Assembly (NCBI GenBank): GCA_963707505.1 | Contig: CAVPQB010000003.1 | Coordinates: forward strand, 672,001-736,000 | Direction: 5' to 3' | Length of the DNA stretch: 64,000 nucleotides | Source of the DNA: an uncultured Gemmatimonadales bacterium | GTDB lineage: Bacteria; Gemmatimonadota; Gemmatimonadetes; Gemmatimonadales; Gemmatimonadaceae | In this document: one piece after another, positions 8,952 to 18,851 of the stretch | Numbering within the stretch: the first letter of the stretch is position 1 | How the letters are laid out: every line of letters begins with the position of its first letter | Made by a program: the position numbers and the translations under genes | The notes under the pieces: model-generated | What the model was told of the DNA's origin: nothing | The model's input: only the letters and a program-made list of their open reading frames with translations | The model's database searches: none

Positions 8952-10184
8952 ATGACAGATACATCAGTCCAGATCGAGTCGCTCTGGAAGAAGTTTCGCC
9001 GCGGCGAGCGTCACGACAGCATCCGGGATCTCGTTCCGGCTGCGTTCAGGCGAATGTTGCACGGTGCGCCGCCCGGGCAAGATCTGCGTGATGACGACTT
9101 CTGGGCGCTGCAGGACATCTCGTTTTCCGTGGCGCGCGGCGAGGCCGTGGGGATCATCGGTCACAACGGCGCTGGCAAGTCCACTCTTCTCAAGATTCTC
9201 ACGCGGCTTCTGCAACCGACGCGAGGATCGTATTCGACCAACGGACGGATCGGCGCGCTGATCGAAGTGACGGCGGGATTCCATCAGGACCTGACGGGGC
9301 GCGAAAATGTGTTCCTCAATGGCGCGATAATCGGGATGCGCAAGGCGGAAATCGCGCGGCGCTTCGACGCAATCGTCGAGTTTTCAGGGATCGGTGAATT
9401 CATCGATACACCTGTAAAGCGCTACAGCTCCGGAATGAACGCGCGGCTTGGATTCTCGATCGCGGCGCACCTTGACCCGGAGATTCTCATCGTCGACGAA
9501 GTGCTCTCGGTAGGCGATTACACGTTCCAGGGAAAGTGCGTTCAGTGGATGCAGGAGACTCTTCGGAACGGAACCACGGTGATCTTCGTGTCACACAACA
9601 TGGACGCGGTTCTATCGCTGTGCGATCGTGCGCTGCTGCTGAATCACGGAAAGGTGCTCGCACAGGGCAAGACGGTGGATGTCATCGGCGAATACTATCG
9701 CGGCGGGGCCGGCTATTTCGTGGAGCTGCGGCCGGACGTTTTTGCAAGGACTACCGCATTCAGCTCGACGCACGACGAGACGAACATTGTCGACCCGGGT
9801 GAGCGCGTGACGTACACGCATACCGTGGTGGCGGATCGCGACTGCGAGATCTCGCCGGGCTTGCAGATTCGTCGAGAGAACCGCGCTGTAGTGCGAAGCA
9901 GTTACGCGCGCATGCGTGGCGAGCCGCTACGGCTCGCGAAGGGCGAGAGCATGACGCTGGACTGGAGTCTCTTCTACAATTTTCCAGCTGGCGCATATAC
10001 TGTCAGCTATTTCATCGAAGATGCGCAGGGCGGCTATCACGACTTCATGAACGGCGCACGCATCGTGATCGTCGGCGACGATCCGAAGGTGAAATCGGAG
10101 TGTTACGTCGGAATGTCGCTCGAGCAGGAGTCGGAGCGTAGCCTCGCCGGTGGAAGCAAGTTGAAACTCATCGGCCGCCGTTGA
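8952..10184 (+). CDS. wzt: ABC polysaccharide exporter ATPase with C-terminal Wzt_C-like domain
   Basis: GHNGAGKSTLLK, YSSGMNARLGFS, ILIVDEVLSVGD, VSHN. Confidence 0.92.
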   Translation: MTDTSVQIESLWKKFRRGERHDSIRDLVPAAFRRMLHGAPPGQDLRDDDFWALQDISFSVARGEAVGIIGHNGAGKSTLLKILTRLLQPTRGSYSTNGRIGALIEVTAGFHQDLTGRENVFLNGAIIGMRKAEIARRFDAIVEFSGIGEFIDTPVKRYSSGMNARLGFSIAAHLDPEILIVDEVLSVGDYTFQGKCVQWMQETLRNGTTVIFVSHNMDAVLSLCDRALLLNHGKVLAQGKTVDVIGEYYRGGAGYFVELRPDVFARTTAFSSTHDETNIVDPGERVTYTHTVVADRDCEISPGLQIRRENRAVVRSSYARMRGEPLRLAKGESMTLDWSLFYNFPAGAYTVSYFIEDAQGGYHDFMNGARIVIVGDDPKVKSECYVGMSLEQESERSLAGGSKLKLIGRR

Positions 10185-11121
10185 CGCCGAGCGGCGGCTT
10201 GCGGCGCGCGCGGTAGGCACGGTACGCACGTATTGCGTCCACGAGTCGGCGTGGGATTCGGGACCTGAGCGCCCACTTTCTGCGTAGGGGGCCCGGGAGA
10301 CCCGGGACGAGCTGCGACAGCTCGACCAGGCGACGAAGCCAGGCAGTCTGATCCGTATCCCACGCATCCTGGACATCGCGCGTCCAGCGCGTTCTGAAGA
10401 GCGCGGCCAGCTCGGATGCCAGCTCCGTCTCGCCGGCATTTTCGACCTGGCGCAACATCCTGCTGCGGGACCGGTACGTCGCTTCCAACTGTCGTGTGAG
10501 ACTGCCGCTGAGCTGCGCGTCATGCCAACGCCAGTTTGCCGTTACTTCGCGCGATGCGACGAACCTGTAACGCCGCGCGAGTCTGAGCCAGACGTCGAAG
10601 TCCACCGCGAATCGTTCGGATTCGTCGAAGCTGCCCGCGGCGATGATCGCATCGCGTCGCGTGATGGTCGTGATGGACGGAACGATCCAGTCTCGGAATG
10701 CATTCTGGAAAACGTCCGACGGAGGACCGTCCGGCACATTGCAGTACCAGGTTCCCGATGCGGTTCCGACGCGGCGCACCGCGGAGCTCGCCACGGCCGC
10801 GTCGGGATAGCGGTCGAGGAGTGCGGCCACGACTTCGAGATGATTCGGCTCCCAGTAATCGTCAGAATCGAGCCAGGCGATCGCTTCGCCTGAGGCGGCC
10901 TGAATACCCGCGTTACGAGCTGCAGCGCTGCCGCGATTGACCTGCATTCGCACGACGCGCGCTCCAGCACGCTCCGCGAGTCGCACCGAATCATCGGTCG
11001 ATGCGTCGTCCACCACAATGACTTCGGAGGGCGGACGCGTTTGTGCGAACGCGGACGCAACGGCTTCCGCAATCGTGCGCTCGCGATTGTAGCACGGGAT
11101 CACGACCGAAACCGTAATCAC
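10168..11121 (-). CDS. Glycosyltransferase family 2
   Basis: VSVVIPCYN, VVDDASTD, ARNAG, WLDSDDYW. Confidence 0.9.
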   Translation of the reverse strand: MITVSVVIPCYNRERTIAEAVASAFAQTRPPSEVIVVDDASTDDSVRLAERAGARVVRMQVNRGSAAARNAGIQAASGEAIAWLDSDDYWEPNHLEVVAALLDRYPDAAVASSAVRRVGTASGTWYCNVPDGPPSDVFQNAFRDWIVPSITTITRRDAIIAAGSFDESERFAVDFDVWLRLARRYRFVASREVTANWRWHDAQLSGSLTRQLEATYRSRSRMLRQVENAGETELASELAALFRTRWTRDVQDAWDTDQTAWLRRLVELSQLVPGLPGPLRRKWALRSRIPRRLVDAIRAYRAYRARRKPPLGVNGGR

Positions 11122-11142
11122 GCTGGATTGCCGGCGAGCGTA

Positions 11143-11811
11143 TCATGCTGCGGTGCGCTTGCGGCGCAGCGAAGGCTTCCGTCGCTCCCTGTACGCGCGG
11201 ACCACCTCGACGACAGAGGCCGGAATGCGGGATCGCGGCGCCCATTTTCGCGTCGATGCGCCAGGGATATCCGGAACAATCGACCCGAGTTCGACCGGGC
11301 GCCGGAGCCAACTACCCTGCCCCCTGTCCGAGGCAGTGTGCACGTCGGCGTTCCAGCGCTTTCGGAAGAGCGCTTCCAACTCTTCCGCGATGTCATGCTG
11401 ACCATCGCGGCGTACGTCGTCCAGGGTGCGTTTGCGAAAACGATATGTGGCCGCCCATTGCTTCTCGGGGTACTTGATGAGCTGTGCATCGAAGTCGACG
11501 GAATATCGCTCCGATTCGTCGAACCGACCAAGTGGCACACCGGTTTCGAGATGGTTCAGCTCCCAGTAGTCGTCAGAATCGAGCCAGGTGATCGCCTCAC
11601 CAGATGCAGTGTGCATGCCGGGGTTCCGGGCGGCGGGCTCGCCAGGCGAGCAACTTGCAACCAACCCACCGGGTGCGATCGCGGCCGCGTGATGCGCGGT
11701 CGCATGGAGGGCGTGCTGGGACGCAGAGAGCATGACCCCGCAGGACGCCCGGCGCTGAGGCGTCGTCGCCCCCCACACCCGCCGCTCGCGAATGAGCGCG
11801 GATTCAGTCAC
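11143..11811 (-). pseudogene. Internally deleted paralog of the adjacent GT2
   Basis: Shares ARN.G..ASGEAI.WLDSDDYWE.NHLE, FDESER..VDFD, AQL and RKWA.RSRIP blocks with 10168..11121; lacks the N-terminal motifs and two internal segments. Confidence 0.75.
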
Positions 11812-11829
11812 TAACCAGTCTTTCTATTT

Positions 11830-12861
11830 GTGTTGATGCAGCAAGACAATCAGGATATCGACATCTCCGTTGTCGTATGCACGTTCAATCGTGGAGCGAT
11901 GTTGCGACCCGCGCTCGAAAGTCTTGCGCGTCAGACGACGGATAGTTCGCGCTTCGAAGTCCTTCTGGTGGACAACAACTCGAGCGACGGTACGCGCGAC
12001 ATCATCAAAGACTTCATCGATGGACGCGAAAACTGGTTCTATGTGTTCGAGCCGCGTCAGGGACTGTCGTACGCGCGGAATACGGGAGTTGCGCACGCGC
12101 GCGCACAGATCGTTGCATTTACCGACGACGACGTGCGTGTCGCGCACGACTGGATCGCACAGATCACGCGCTCACTCGGCGAACATCCGGAGGTGGATTT
12201 CGTCGGCGGCAAGGTGCATCCGCGATGGGACTCGCCTCCGCCGGAATGGCTGACGAAGGCGCACTGGATTCCACTTGCGATCGTGGATCACGGCGATGAT
12301 GCGTTCCATGTGGACAGCGCAAAGCCCTGGTGCATGGTGGGAGCGAATCTCGCCGTGCGGAGACAGGTGCTGCTCGACACTGGTGGCTTCAGTCCGGATT
12401 TTCAGCGAGTAAAGGACGTCGTGGGATCGACGGAAGATCACGAGTTTCAGCGCCGTCTGTGGAAGTCAGGACGACGCGGATTGTACGCTCCAACTATCGT
12501 CGTCGAAGCGGAGGTACAGCGCGATCGCCTCGAGAAATCGTACCATCGGCGGTGGCATGCTGGACACGGCCGTTTCTGCGCGATGATGGGCACTGAGCGC
12601 ATCAGTGACGACATGCCGGAATTGTTCGGAGTTCCCGCGTGCTTCATACGAGACATTCTCACTCACGCAGCTGCATGGTCGCAAAACATATGTAACGGCC
12701 ACGCAGACGTTGCATTTCTGCATGAGAGCAAGATCCGCTTCCTGATCAGTTATCTCCGCACATACCGCGAAATGCTTCCAGAATCGCGCAGATCAGCTGT
12801 ACTATTGCGAACAGTGCGTGGAGTGCGCGAGCTCACGCGTAGAAAAGCTCGCAGCATCTAG
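11830..12861 (+). CDS. Glycosyltransferase family 2
   Basis: ISVVVCTFNR, VDNNSSD, GLSYARNTG, FTDDD, GANLA. Confidence 0.9.
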   Translation: MLMQQDNQDIDISVVVCTFNRGAMLRPALESLARQTTDSSRFEVLLVDNNSSDGTRDIIKDFIDGRENWFYVFEPRQGLSYARNTGVAHARAQIVAFTDDDVRVAHDWIAQITRSLGEHPEVDFVGGKVHPRWDSPPPEWLTKAHWIPLAIVDHGDDAFHVDSAKPWCMVGANLAVRRQVLLDTGGFSPDFQRVKDVVGSTEDHEFQRRLWKSGRRGLYAPTIVVEAEVQRDRLEKSYHRRWHAGHGRFCAMMGTERISDDMPELFGVPACFIRDILTHAAAWSQNICNGHADVAFLHESKIRFLISYLRTYREMLPESRRSAVLLRTVRGVRELTRRKARSI

Positions 12862-13011
12862 CCATATGTATCGTGCGTGCTGCTGTATGTAATCATCTGT
12901 GCAGCAGTTGTGTACGTTTTCGCGCAAGTAGCGACTGGTCGCGCATTACGTGCTGTTCGATCGGGTGCGATGACCGATCCGGGTACGTGCCTTGCCTTAC
13001 CGGTGCGCATA

Positions 13012-14076
13012 ATGCACTTCCAGGGCACAACAGCACCACTGATTTCGGTCATCGTCCCAGCACACAACTGTGAAGCCTATCTGGGGAAAGCGATCGCATC
13101 GCTCTCCGCGCAGACAATTGCAGACCTCGAGATCATAATCATCGATGACGGATCCACGGACGGTACGGCTCGCATAGCGGCTGAGTGCGCCGAGCGGGAT
13201 GCGCGAATTCGCATCATATCGTGCAGCGCGGCGTCGGGGAAACCTGCGTGTGCACGGAACCAGGGATTGAAGGTCGCGCGTGGACGATACATAGCGCTGC
13301 TCGATGCAGATGACATCGCAATGCCGCGGCGCTTCGAGTCATCGATTGCCGCAATGCAGCGAACCGGCGCCCGGTTCGCATTCGCCGACTACAAGAAGCT
13401 TCACCAGGGCACGGGTGAGATCGACAGTAGCGGATTTCTCGCATCCAAGTCTCTACTCGAGCGAGCAGCTGGATATCTGCAGCGCGTGAGTGACAACATC
13501 TACCTCTGCAGTCCCAACTTCTCGGCATTCCTTCTGACGTTCACCGCGGTGCACACGCCCACCGTTGTGTTCGAGCGATCTTTGCTGTCGGGGAGCATCG
13601 CCGGGTTCAACGAGTCGCTCGTGTGTTTCGAGGATGTGGATCTCTGGTTTCGCCTTGCGCAGTACACTCGTTTCGTGTTCGTGAACGAAGTACACGCACT
13701 GTATAGGAGGCACCAGGAGAGCCTGACGGCATCGAAGCCGGTGCCGACCAAGCTGGATGGGATCGGCGTGCGCAGGGCGCATCTCAAACGGCTGCTCCCG
13801 ACGCTGACGCGGCACGAGGTTGCCGTTGCGCGACAGACGATTGCAGATCTCCTGTGGGACGTATCGTACACCAACTGGTGCCGCGGTCACCTCGGCCGCG
13901 CGCGCGACGGATTCAGGGAAAGCTGGACCACAAAGCCATCGCTACGTGCGGCGACGGGTTACTTCAAGGCGTTCGTCAACCGCGATGCCGTCGTCACAGC
14001 GATGGGTATGTTGTCACCGGGTCACGCCGGCTGGGGCAGCACTTACGAGGGCAGGCAGCTTTCGTTCAGAGCGTAG
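13012..14076 (+). CDS. Glycosyltransferase family 2
   Basis: ISVIVPAHN, IDDGSTD, ARNQG, LLDADD, EDVDLW; start uncertain. Confidence 0.88.
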   Translation: MHFQGTTAPLISVIVPAHNCEAYLGKAIASLSAQTIADLEIIIIDDGSTDGTARIAAECAERDARIRIISCSAASGKPACARNQGLKVARGRYIALLDADDIAMPRRFESSIAAMQRTGARFAFADYKKLHQGTGEIDSSGFLASKSLLERAAGYLQRVSDNIYLCSPNFSAFLLTFTAVHTPTVVFERSLLSGSIAGFNESLVCFEDVDLWFRLAQYTRFVFVNEVHALYRRHQESLTASKPVPTKLDGIGVRRAHLKRLLPTLTRHEVAVARQTIADLLWDVSYTNWCRGHLGRARDGFRESWTTKPSLRAATGYFKAFVNRDAVVTAMGMLSPGHAGWGSTYEGRQLSFRA

Positions 14077-14084
14077 CGTACCGG

Positions 14085-15641
14085 TCAAAGCGCGCCACGA
14101 ATCGTGTTTCGGAAGGTCCTCACACGATCCGGGAATATCAACAATACCGCACCGGTATATGTGGCGGCCCCGATCGCGATCTCGATCCCAAGCCTGAGCA
14201 AACGCGGGTAATCCGCGGGAAGCAGGTAGAGCGCAGCGCCCACGCATACCGACATGATCGTTACGCTGACCGTCGCAGCGCGTAACGCCGCAAAGTATTC
14301 CGACGCCGGCGCTATCAGCTTGAACGTGAGCCACCAGAGTGGAATCGCGCTCAGGGGATACAGAACGACCCACGCACCCGCGATGCCGATGATGCCGTAT
14401 CGCGATGCGAAGAAGAAAACACCAGGGTACACGACTGCGAGCGTGATGGAATACCACATGAGGAAGCGCGTGCGCCGCATGACTGTGAGCGCCGGCGTGA
14501 GGATCGGCATGATGGATCGTATCGTCGTGTACGCCGCAAGCAGCCGCAGCGGGACGATCGCAGGAGCCCACCGATCACCGAACACCGCGTGCACCAGATC
14601 GTCAGCAACGAGCGCGGCGCCGATCGAGAACGGGAACGCGACGAGCGAGATTCCCTCGGTGAGTCCGAGCACATAACGTTTGAGCTGTGAAACATCGCTC
14701 TGCACCGACGCGAATATGCCCGGTGCGACACTGCCGATCATCGCCGTGACTTTTTCCACCGGTAGATTGATCAGCGTCCAGGCAAAGTCGTAAGCACCCA
14801 GAGAAGCGCGGCCCAGCATTCGGCCAGCGACGAGGAAATCCGAGTTCGAGTAGACGAACCACGACACTCTCGATACCAGTACGTCGCGGCTGAATGAGAC
14901 AGCGGTTTCTATCGTTGCAAACCTGGGGATCGCAAATTTTCGGGGGCGGCGCGCAACTGTGAGCGCTGTCGCCAGAAACACTCCACCGACCTCGCTGAGC
15001 ACCAGCGCCCAGTAATGCAGGCCGTACACGGCAAGCGTTATGGCTGCCGCCGCTGCGAGCACTGCACGTGCAGAGTCAATCGCCGCAATGTCACGAAATT
15101 GCAGCTCACGCTGCAGAAGACTGTTCGGGACGGAACGAAACGAGCCCACAACGTACGACGTGCTGAGCACGAGCACTACCGAAACAAGCTGCGGACTGTG
15201 AAAGAAGAGCGCCAGCGGCCGGGCAACTGCGCACGACAATACAAACATCGCAATGCCGACGCCGAGTGAGAGCGTGTTGAGCTGCTCGATCGAATCATCG
15301 CTCAGATCGTGCAGCGTGATGATTGCAGCGCCGATCCCGAACTCGGAAACAAGCGACACCAGGCCCAGGTAAACTGCGGCCATTCCGACCAGGCCGTAGT
15401 CATCCGGAGTAAGAAGACGGGCAACGATGATGGTCGAAGCCCACGTAACGATCTGCGTTGCCCACTTCGCGCCGGCCGTCCACGCGATTCCGTGTACCAG
15501 CGCCCGATCAGCATTGGCAGGGACAGCTGCTGCCGCTACGGCCGGAAATTCCGGGGGGGTTCGCGTAAATTCGACCGGCGAACCGGGAAACTGAGACGGA
15601 CTGGAATTCAGTGCGGAGATCCTGTGGGTGACGAAAGACAA
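14085..15641 (-). CDS. Wzx-type polysaccharide flippase
   Basis: ARLLTPDDYGL, LLQRELQF, many TM helices; start uncertain. Confidence 0.85.
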   Translation of the reverse strand: MSFVTHRISALNSSPSQFPGSPVEFTRTPPEFPAVAAAAVPANADRALVHGIAWTAGAKWATQIVTWASTIIVARLLTPDDYGLVGMAAVYLGLVSLVSEFGIGAAIITLHDLSDDSIEQLNTLSLGVGIAMFVLSCAVARPLALFFHSPQLVSVVLVLSTSYVVGSFRSVPNSLLQRELQFRDIAAIDSARAVLAAAAAITLAVYGLHYWALVLSEVGGVFLATALTVARRPRKFAIPRFATIETAVSFSRDVLVSRVSWFVYSNSDFLVAGRMLGRASLGAYDFAWTLINLPVEKVTAMIGSVAPGIFASVQSDVSQLKRYVLGLTEGISLVAFPFSIGAALVADDLVHAVFGDRWAPAIVPLRLLAAYTTIRSIMPILTPALTVMRRTRFLMWYSITLAVVYPGVFFFASRYGIIGIAGAWVVLYPLSAIPLWWLTFKLIAPASEYFAALRAATVSVTIMSVCVGAALYLLPADYPRLLRLGIEIAIGAATYTGAVLLIFPDRVRTFRNTIRGAL

Positions 15642-15662
15642 GAGAGGGCTAAAACTGACTAA

Positions 15663-16347
15663 CTAAGTCGTGACTGTAACGCGTGCAAATCCCTTCTCGG
15701 TATCGAATCGCTCGGACACGGTGCTGAAGTCCCGCACCCAGTGCTCCATTATCTCGACTTCCGCCGCACGGTTGGCGTCGTCCATGAGAATGGTGCATGT
15801 GGGTGCCATCCGGCTGCGCAACGTCGGCACCACGCCATGCCTCCCGCCCGCTGTGTCAGACGGCGGCCCATCGCAGATAATGAGCGATATGTTGGCCGGC
15901 AGAGAGTCTGGAATCGAGTACCAATCGAATTGGCCATAACTCTGCAGTGGAGCGCAATGCACCGTACTGTAAGCCGTCAGCCCGTGCGCTGCCAGCGCGT
16001 CGGTCACGCGCTTGCGCCATCCAGCGTTATGCTCGAGCGAATGGAAGGCCACCCCGGTCTGCCTCGCAATTCCCGCTATGAGTAGCGTCGAGAGGCCACT
16101 ACCGCATTCGACGATCGTGCCCTTTGCCGCGCGTCGCTTCGGACATGAGTCGCCGCAAGTAGTCCTCGTCTGCTGACCACCCTTCGTTTCCCCATCCATA
16201 AACGGCGTCTGTAAGCGCCAGATAAGGGGCTCCATTGCCGAGCCGAATGCGTCCGAGCCGCTTCAGCGCGCGGCCTAGCGTCCGCCCGCGATCTATCCTG
16301 AATCCGTTCAACTGACGCTTGCGCAACGACCGTAAAAATGCATCCAT
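15663..16347 (-). pseudogene. Class I SAM methyltransferase (Methyltransf_24-like), frameshifted near 16130
   Basis: N-part MDAFLR...YGWGNEGWSADEDYL in one frame; IVECGSGLST...CDGPP...MDDANR in another; colinear with intact paralog at 21834. Confidence 0.8.
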
Positions 16348-16572
16348 AAGCTTGAGATCCCCAGAAATTCGACGGCGCAGCTGAACGCCCTCATGTAAGG
16401 TTCGGCGCGATCCGGCATTTGACCAAGCAAAACTACCGCGGTGCCGAGCCTGCGGCATCGCGTAACGTTGCTGTTCCGCGCTCCTCACCCTCCCTCTTGC
16501 CTAAGGACACGCGCACAATGTAGCCTTGCTGTATCACACCGGCCCTCCCGCCCGAGCGCCATCTGCTCGGAA

Positions 16573-17826
16573 ATGGCGTTTACGGGTCCGGCGATTGCGT
16601 TGACTCGCGACGCCGCCCCAAACACTGTCGAAATGCTCCCTGCTCTGAAGCAATTTGCGCGCGATCGCCTTGATTATCTGAACCTGCCGCCTGCCGCCAA
16701 AGCCGAGCGTCGGCGTGACCAGGCTGGATTGCCTGCAACCGACCCCGGCATCGATGCCGTGGAGACAGCCGCCCTGGAGTGGCTCGGGCAGGCTCAGGAC
16801 ATGTCCGCGACCAATGATGGCGGCGCCGCGCGTGATTTCAGCCTGGTCCGAGGATGGGCGCCTTCCTACCCGGAAACATCTGGTTATATCGTCCCAACGC
16901 TGATCGATGCGGGGCTCCGGCGCAATGATGGCGCGATGCTGGACCGCGCGCGGCGCATGGTCGACTGGCTCGTCGGAATTCAGTTCCCCGAGGGCGGTTT
17001 CCAGGGTGGTACCGTTGACGCCGAGCCGGCGGTCCCGGTGACTTTCAACACCGGGCAGATCCTGTTGGGACTCGCCGCGGCGAGGCGACAGTTCGGCGGT
17101 GGGTACGATGACCCGATGCACCGCGCGGCCGGCTGGCTTGTCGATACGATGGACGCGGACGGTTGCTGGCGAAAATTCCCGACTCCGTTCGCGGCGCCAG
17201 GCGACAAGGCCTACGAGACTCACGTTGCCTGGGGGCTCATCGAGGCGGCGCGAGCGAGCGAGGACCCCGAATTGGCGAGCCGATATGCGGAGGCGGCTCT
17301 TCGGAACGCCCGTTGGGCGATCACAAAACAGCTCTCGAATGGATGGTTTGAAAGTTGCTGTCTGTCCAATCCCGATGCCCCACTCACGCACACGATCGGC
17401 TACGTCTTGCGCGGCCTGACCGAAATTTTTCTGTACACCAGGGAGCAGGACGTTCTCGCTGCGTCGCTACTTACGGCGGATGCACTCAGTGCTCGCGTGA
17501 AGGGCGATGGTTTTCTCGCCGGCCGGCTCGACAGGGCGTGGAATGGTGCTGTGGATTGGGTCTGCGTCACCGGTAGTGCGCAGATTGCCCATTCCCTGTT
17601 GCTTCTTTTCAACGAGACCGGAAAAGCTGGTTACCGCGATGCGGCCTTTGCGTTGCTGGGATACGCGCGCCGCACGGTTCACCTCGACGGTCCGGCTGGC
17701 GTAAGGGGCGGCGTCAAGGGATCCTTCCCGGTGGATGGCGGATACGGGACGTACGAGTTCCTGAACTGGGCAGCGAAGTTCCTGATCGATGCGGGGCACG
17801 TCGAGCGACTCGTTCGGAGCGCATGA
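16573..17826 (+). CDS. Prenyltransferase/squalene-cyclase-like alpha/alpha-barrel protein of polysaccharide loci
   Basis: SYPETSGY, WLVGIQ..GG, FNTGQ, THTIGY, NWAAKF; start 16573 or 16633. Confidence 0.6.
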   Translation: MAFTGPAIALTRDAAPNTVEMLPALKQFARDRLDYLNLPPAAKAERRRDQAGLPATDPGIDAVETAALEWLGQAQDMSATNDGGAARDFSLVRGWAPSYPETSGYIVPTLIDAGLRRNDGAMLDRARRMVDWLVGIQFPEGGFQGGTVDAEPAVPVTFNTGQILLGLAAARRQFGGGYDDPMHRAAGWLVDTMDADGCWRKFPTPFAAPGDKAYETHVAWGLIEAARASEDPELASRYAEAALRNARWAITKQLSNGWFESCCLSNPDAPLTHTIGYVLRGLTEIFLYTREQDVLAASLLTADALSARVKGDGFLAGRLDRAWNGAVDWVCVTGSAQIAHSLLLLFNETGKAGYRDAAFALLGYARRTVHLDGPAGVRGGVKGSFPVDGGYGTYEFLNWAAKFLIDAGHVERLVRSA

Positions 17827-18851
17827 GCTTCAGCGTCATTGTAGACCCGTCAGACAGGGAGCTTGCGGGCGTTGAGGTCAGCGCCCCAACGAATCCGTTC
17901 TGCTGCACGCGCTTCGTTGCCGCGAGGCGTGCCCGCGGCGCAGCTGTCGTGCTGTTCTCCACATCGGATTCAGGGACGAAACCCGCCGCTGCAATCGGAT
18001 ACATGCGTGGACACGCGATCAGCCGCACTCTGGAGATAACCTCCGCGCCGGAAGTGGCCCCGGATTGCAGCTTCTGGGAAGGAGTTCTGGATTTCTCTCG
18101 TCGACATCACGTCGCGGAAATCGAGATCGACAGTTACGGATCCGCTCGGGTCGGGCTGCCGGTATGGAGTACACCGTCGACGCTCCGCGATCGTACCGAA
18201 TGGCTGGTGCAGCTCGCGGATGCCGGAGAGCTCAATCTGGCTTCGAACCACAGGCGCAACATCAACAAGGCACGAAAGCTCGGCGTCACTGCAACACATA
18301 CAACGGATCAATCTGCAACTGATGCGCACGTCAGTCTGATGAACGCATCGATGCAGCGACGGTCGCTTCGCGGTGAATCGGTTCCTGCGTTGGCCGCGCA
18401 CGATACGAGCGACGATCGTGCGCTCCTGGCTGCTGGAGCGGCGCGACTCTACCAGGCGTCGTATGGCGGCAAGGTGGTGTCATCGCTCATGGTGCTGGTG
18501 TGCGCGGGTGGCGGGTACTACCAATCGGCGGGTACGTCACCCGAAGGAATGGAAATCGGCGCGTCCACATTCCTCGTATCCGAGGCCATCCGCGATCTGG
18601 CACACGAGGGAAAGACGGTTTTCAATCTTGGCGGCGCCGGCCCGGAGAGCGAAGGGCTCAGGCGATTCAAGGCAGGATTCGGAGCTGAGCCCGTGGCGCT
18701 TGCGGCGGGAGTGTATCAGGTCGCGTCGCCGATGCACGAAAGGCTGAGGACCGCCATCAGACTGATACGCCAACCCAACAGCCTCCGAACATCCATCGCG
18801 CGACGGATGGCGGCGATGTTCATGGCCATTACGGCTGGGAATCTTTCCTGA
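17823..18851 (+). CDS. GNAT / FemAB-like acyl- or aminoacyl-transferase
   Basis: HRRNINKARKLG, FNLGG, GLRRFKAGFGA. Confidence 0.75.
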   Translation: MSFSVIVDPSDRELAGVEVSAPTNPFCCTRFVAARRARGAAVVLFSTSDSGTKPAAAIGYMRGHAISRTLEITSAPEVAPDCSFWEGVLDFSRRHHVAEIEIDSYGSARVGLPVWSTPSTLRDRTEWLVQLADAGELNLASNHRRNINKARKLGVTATHTTDQSATDAHVSLMNASMQRRSLRGESVPALAAHDTSDDRALLAAGAARLYQASYGGKVVSSLMVLVCAGGGYYQSAGTSPEGMEIGASTFLVSEAIRDLAHEGKTVFNLGGAGPESEGLRRFKAGFGAEPVALAAGVYQVASPMHERLRTAIRLIRQPNSLRTSIARRMAAMFMAITAGNLS

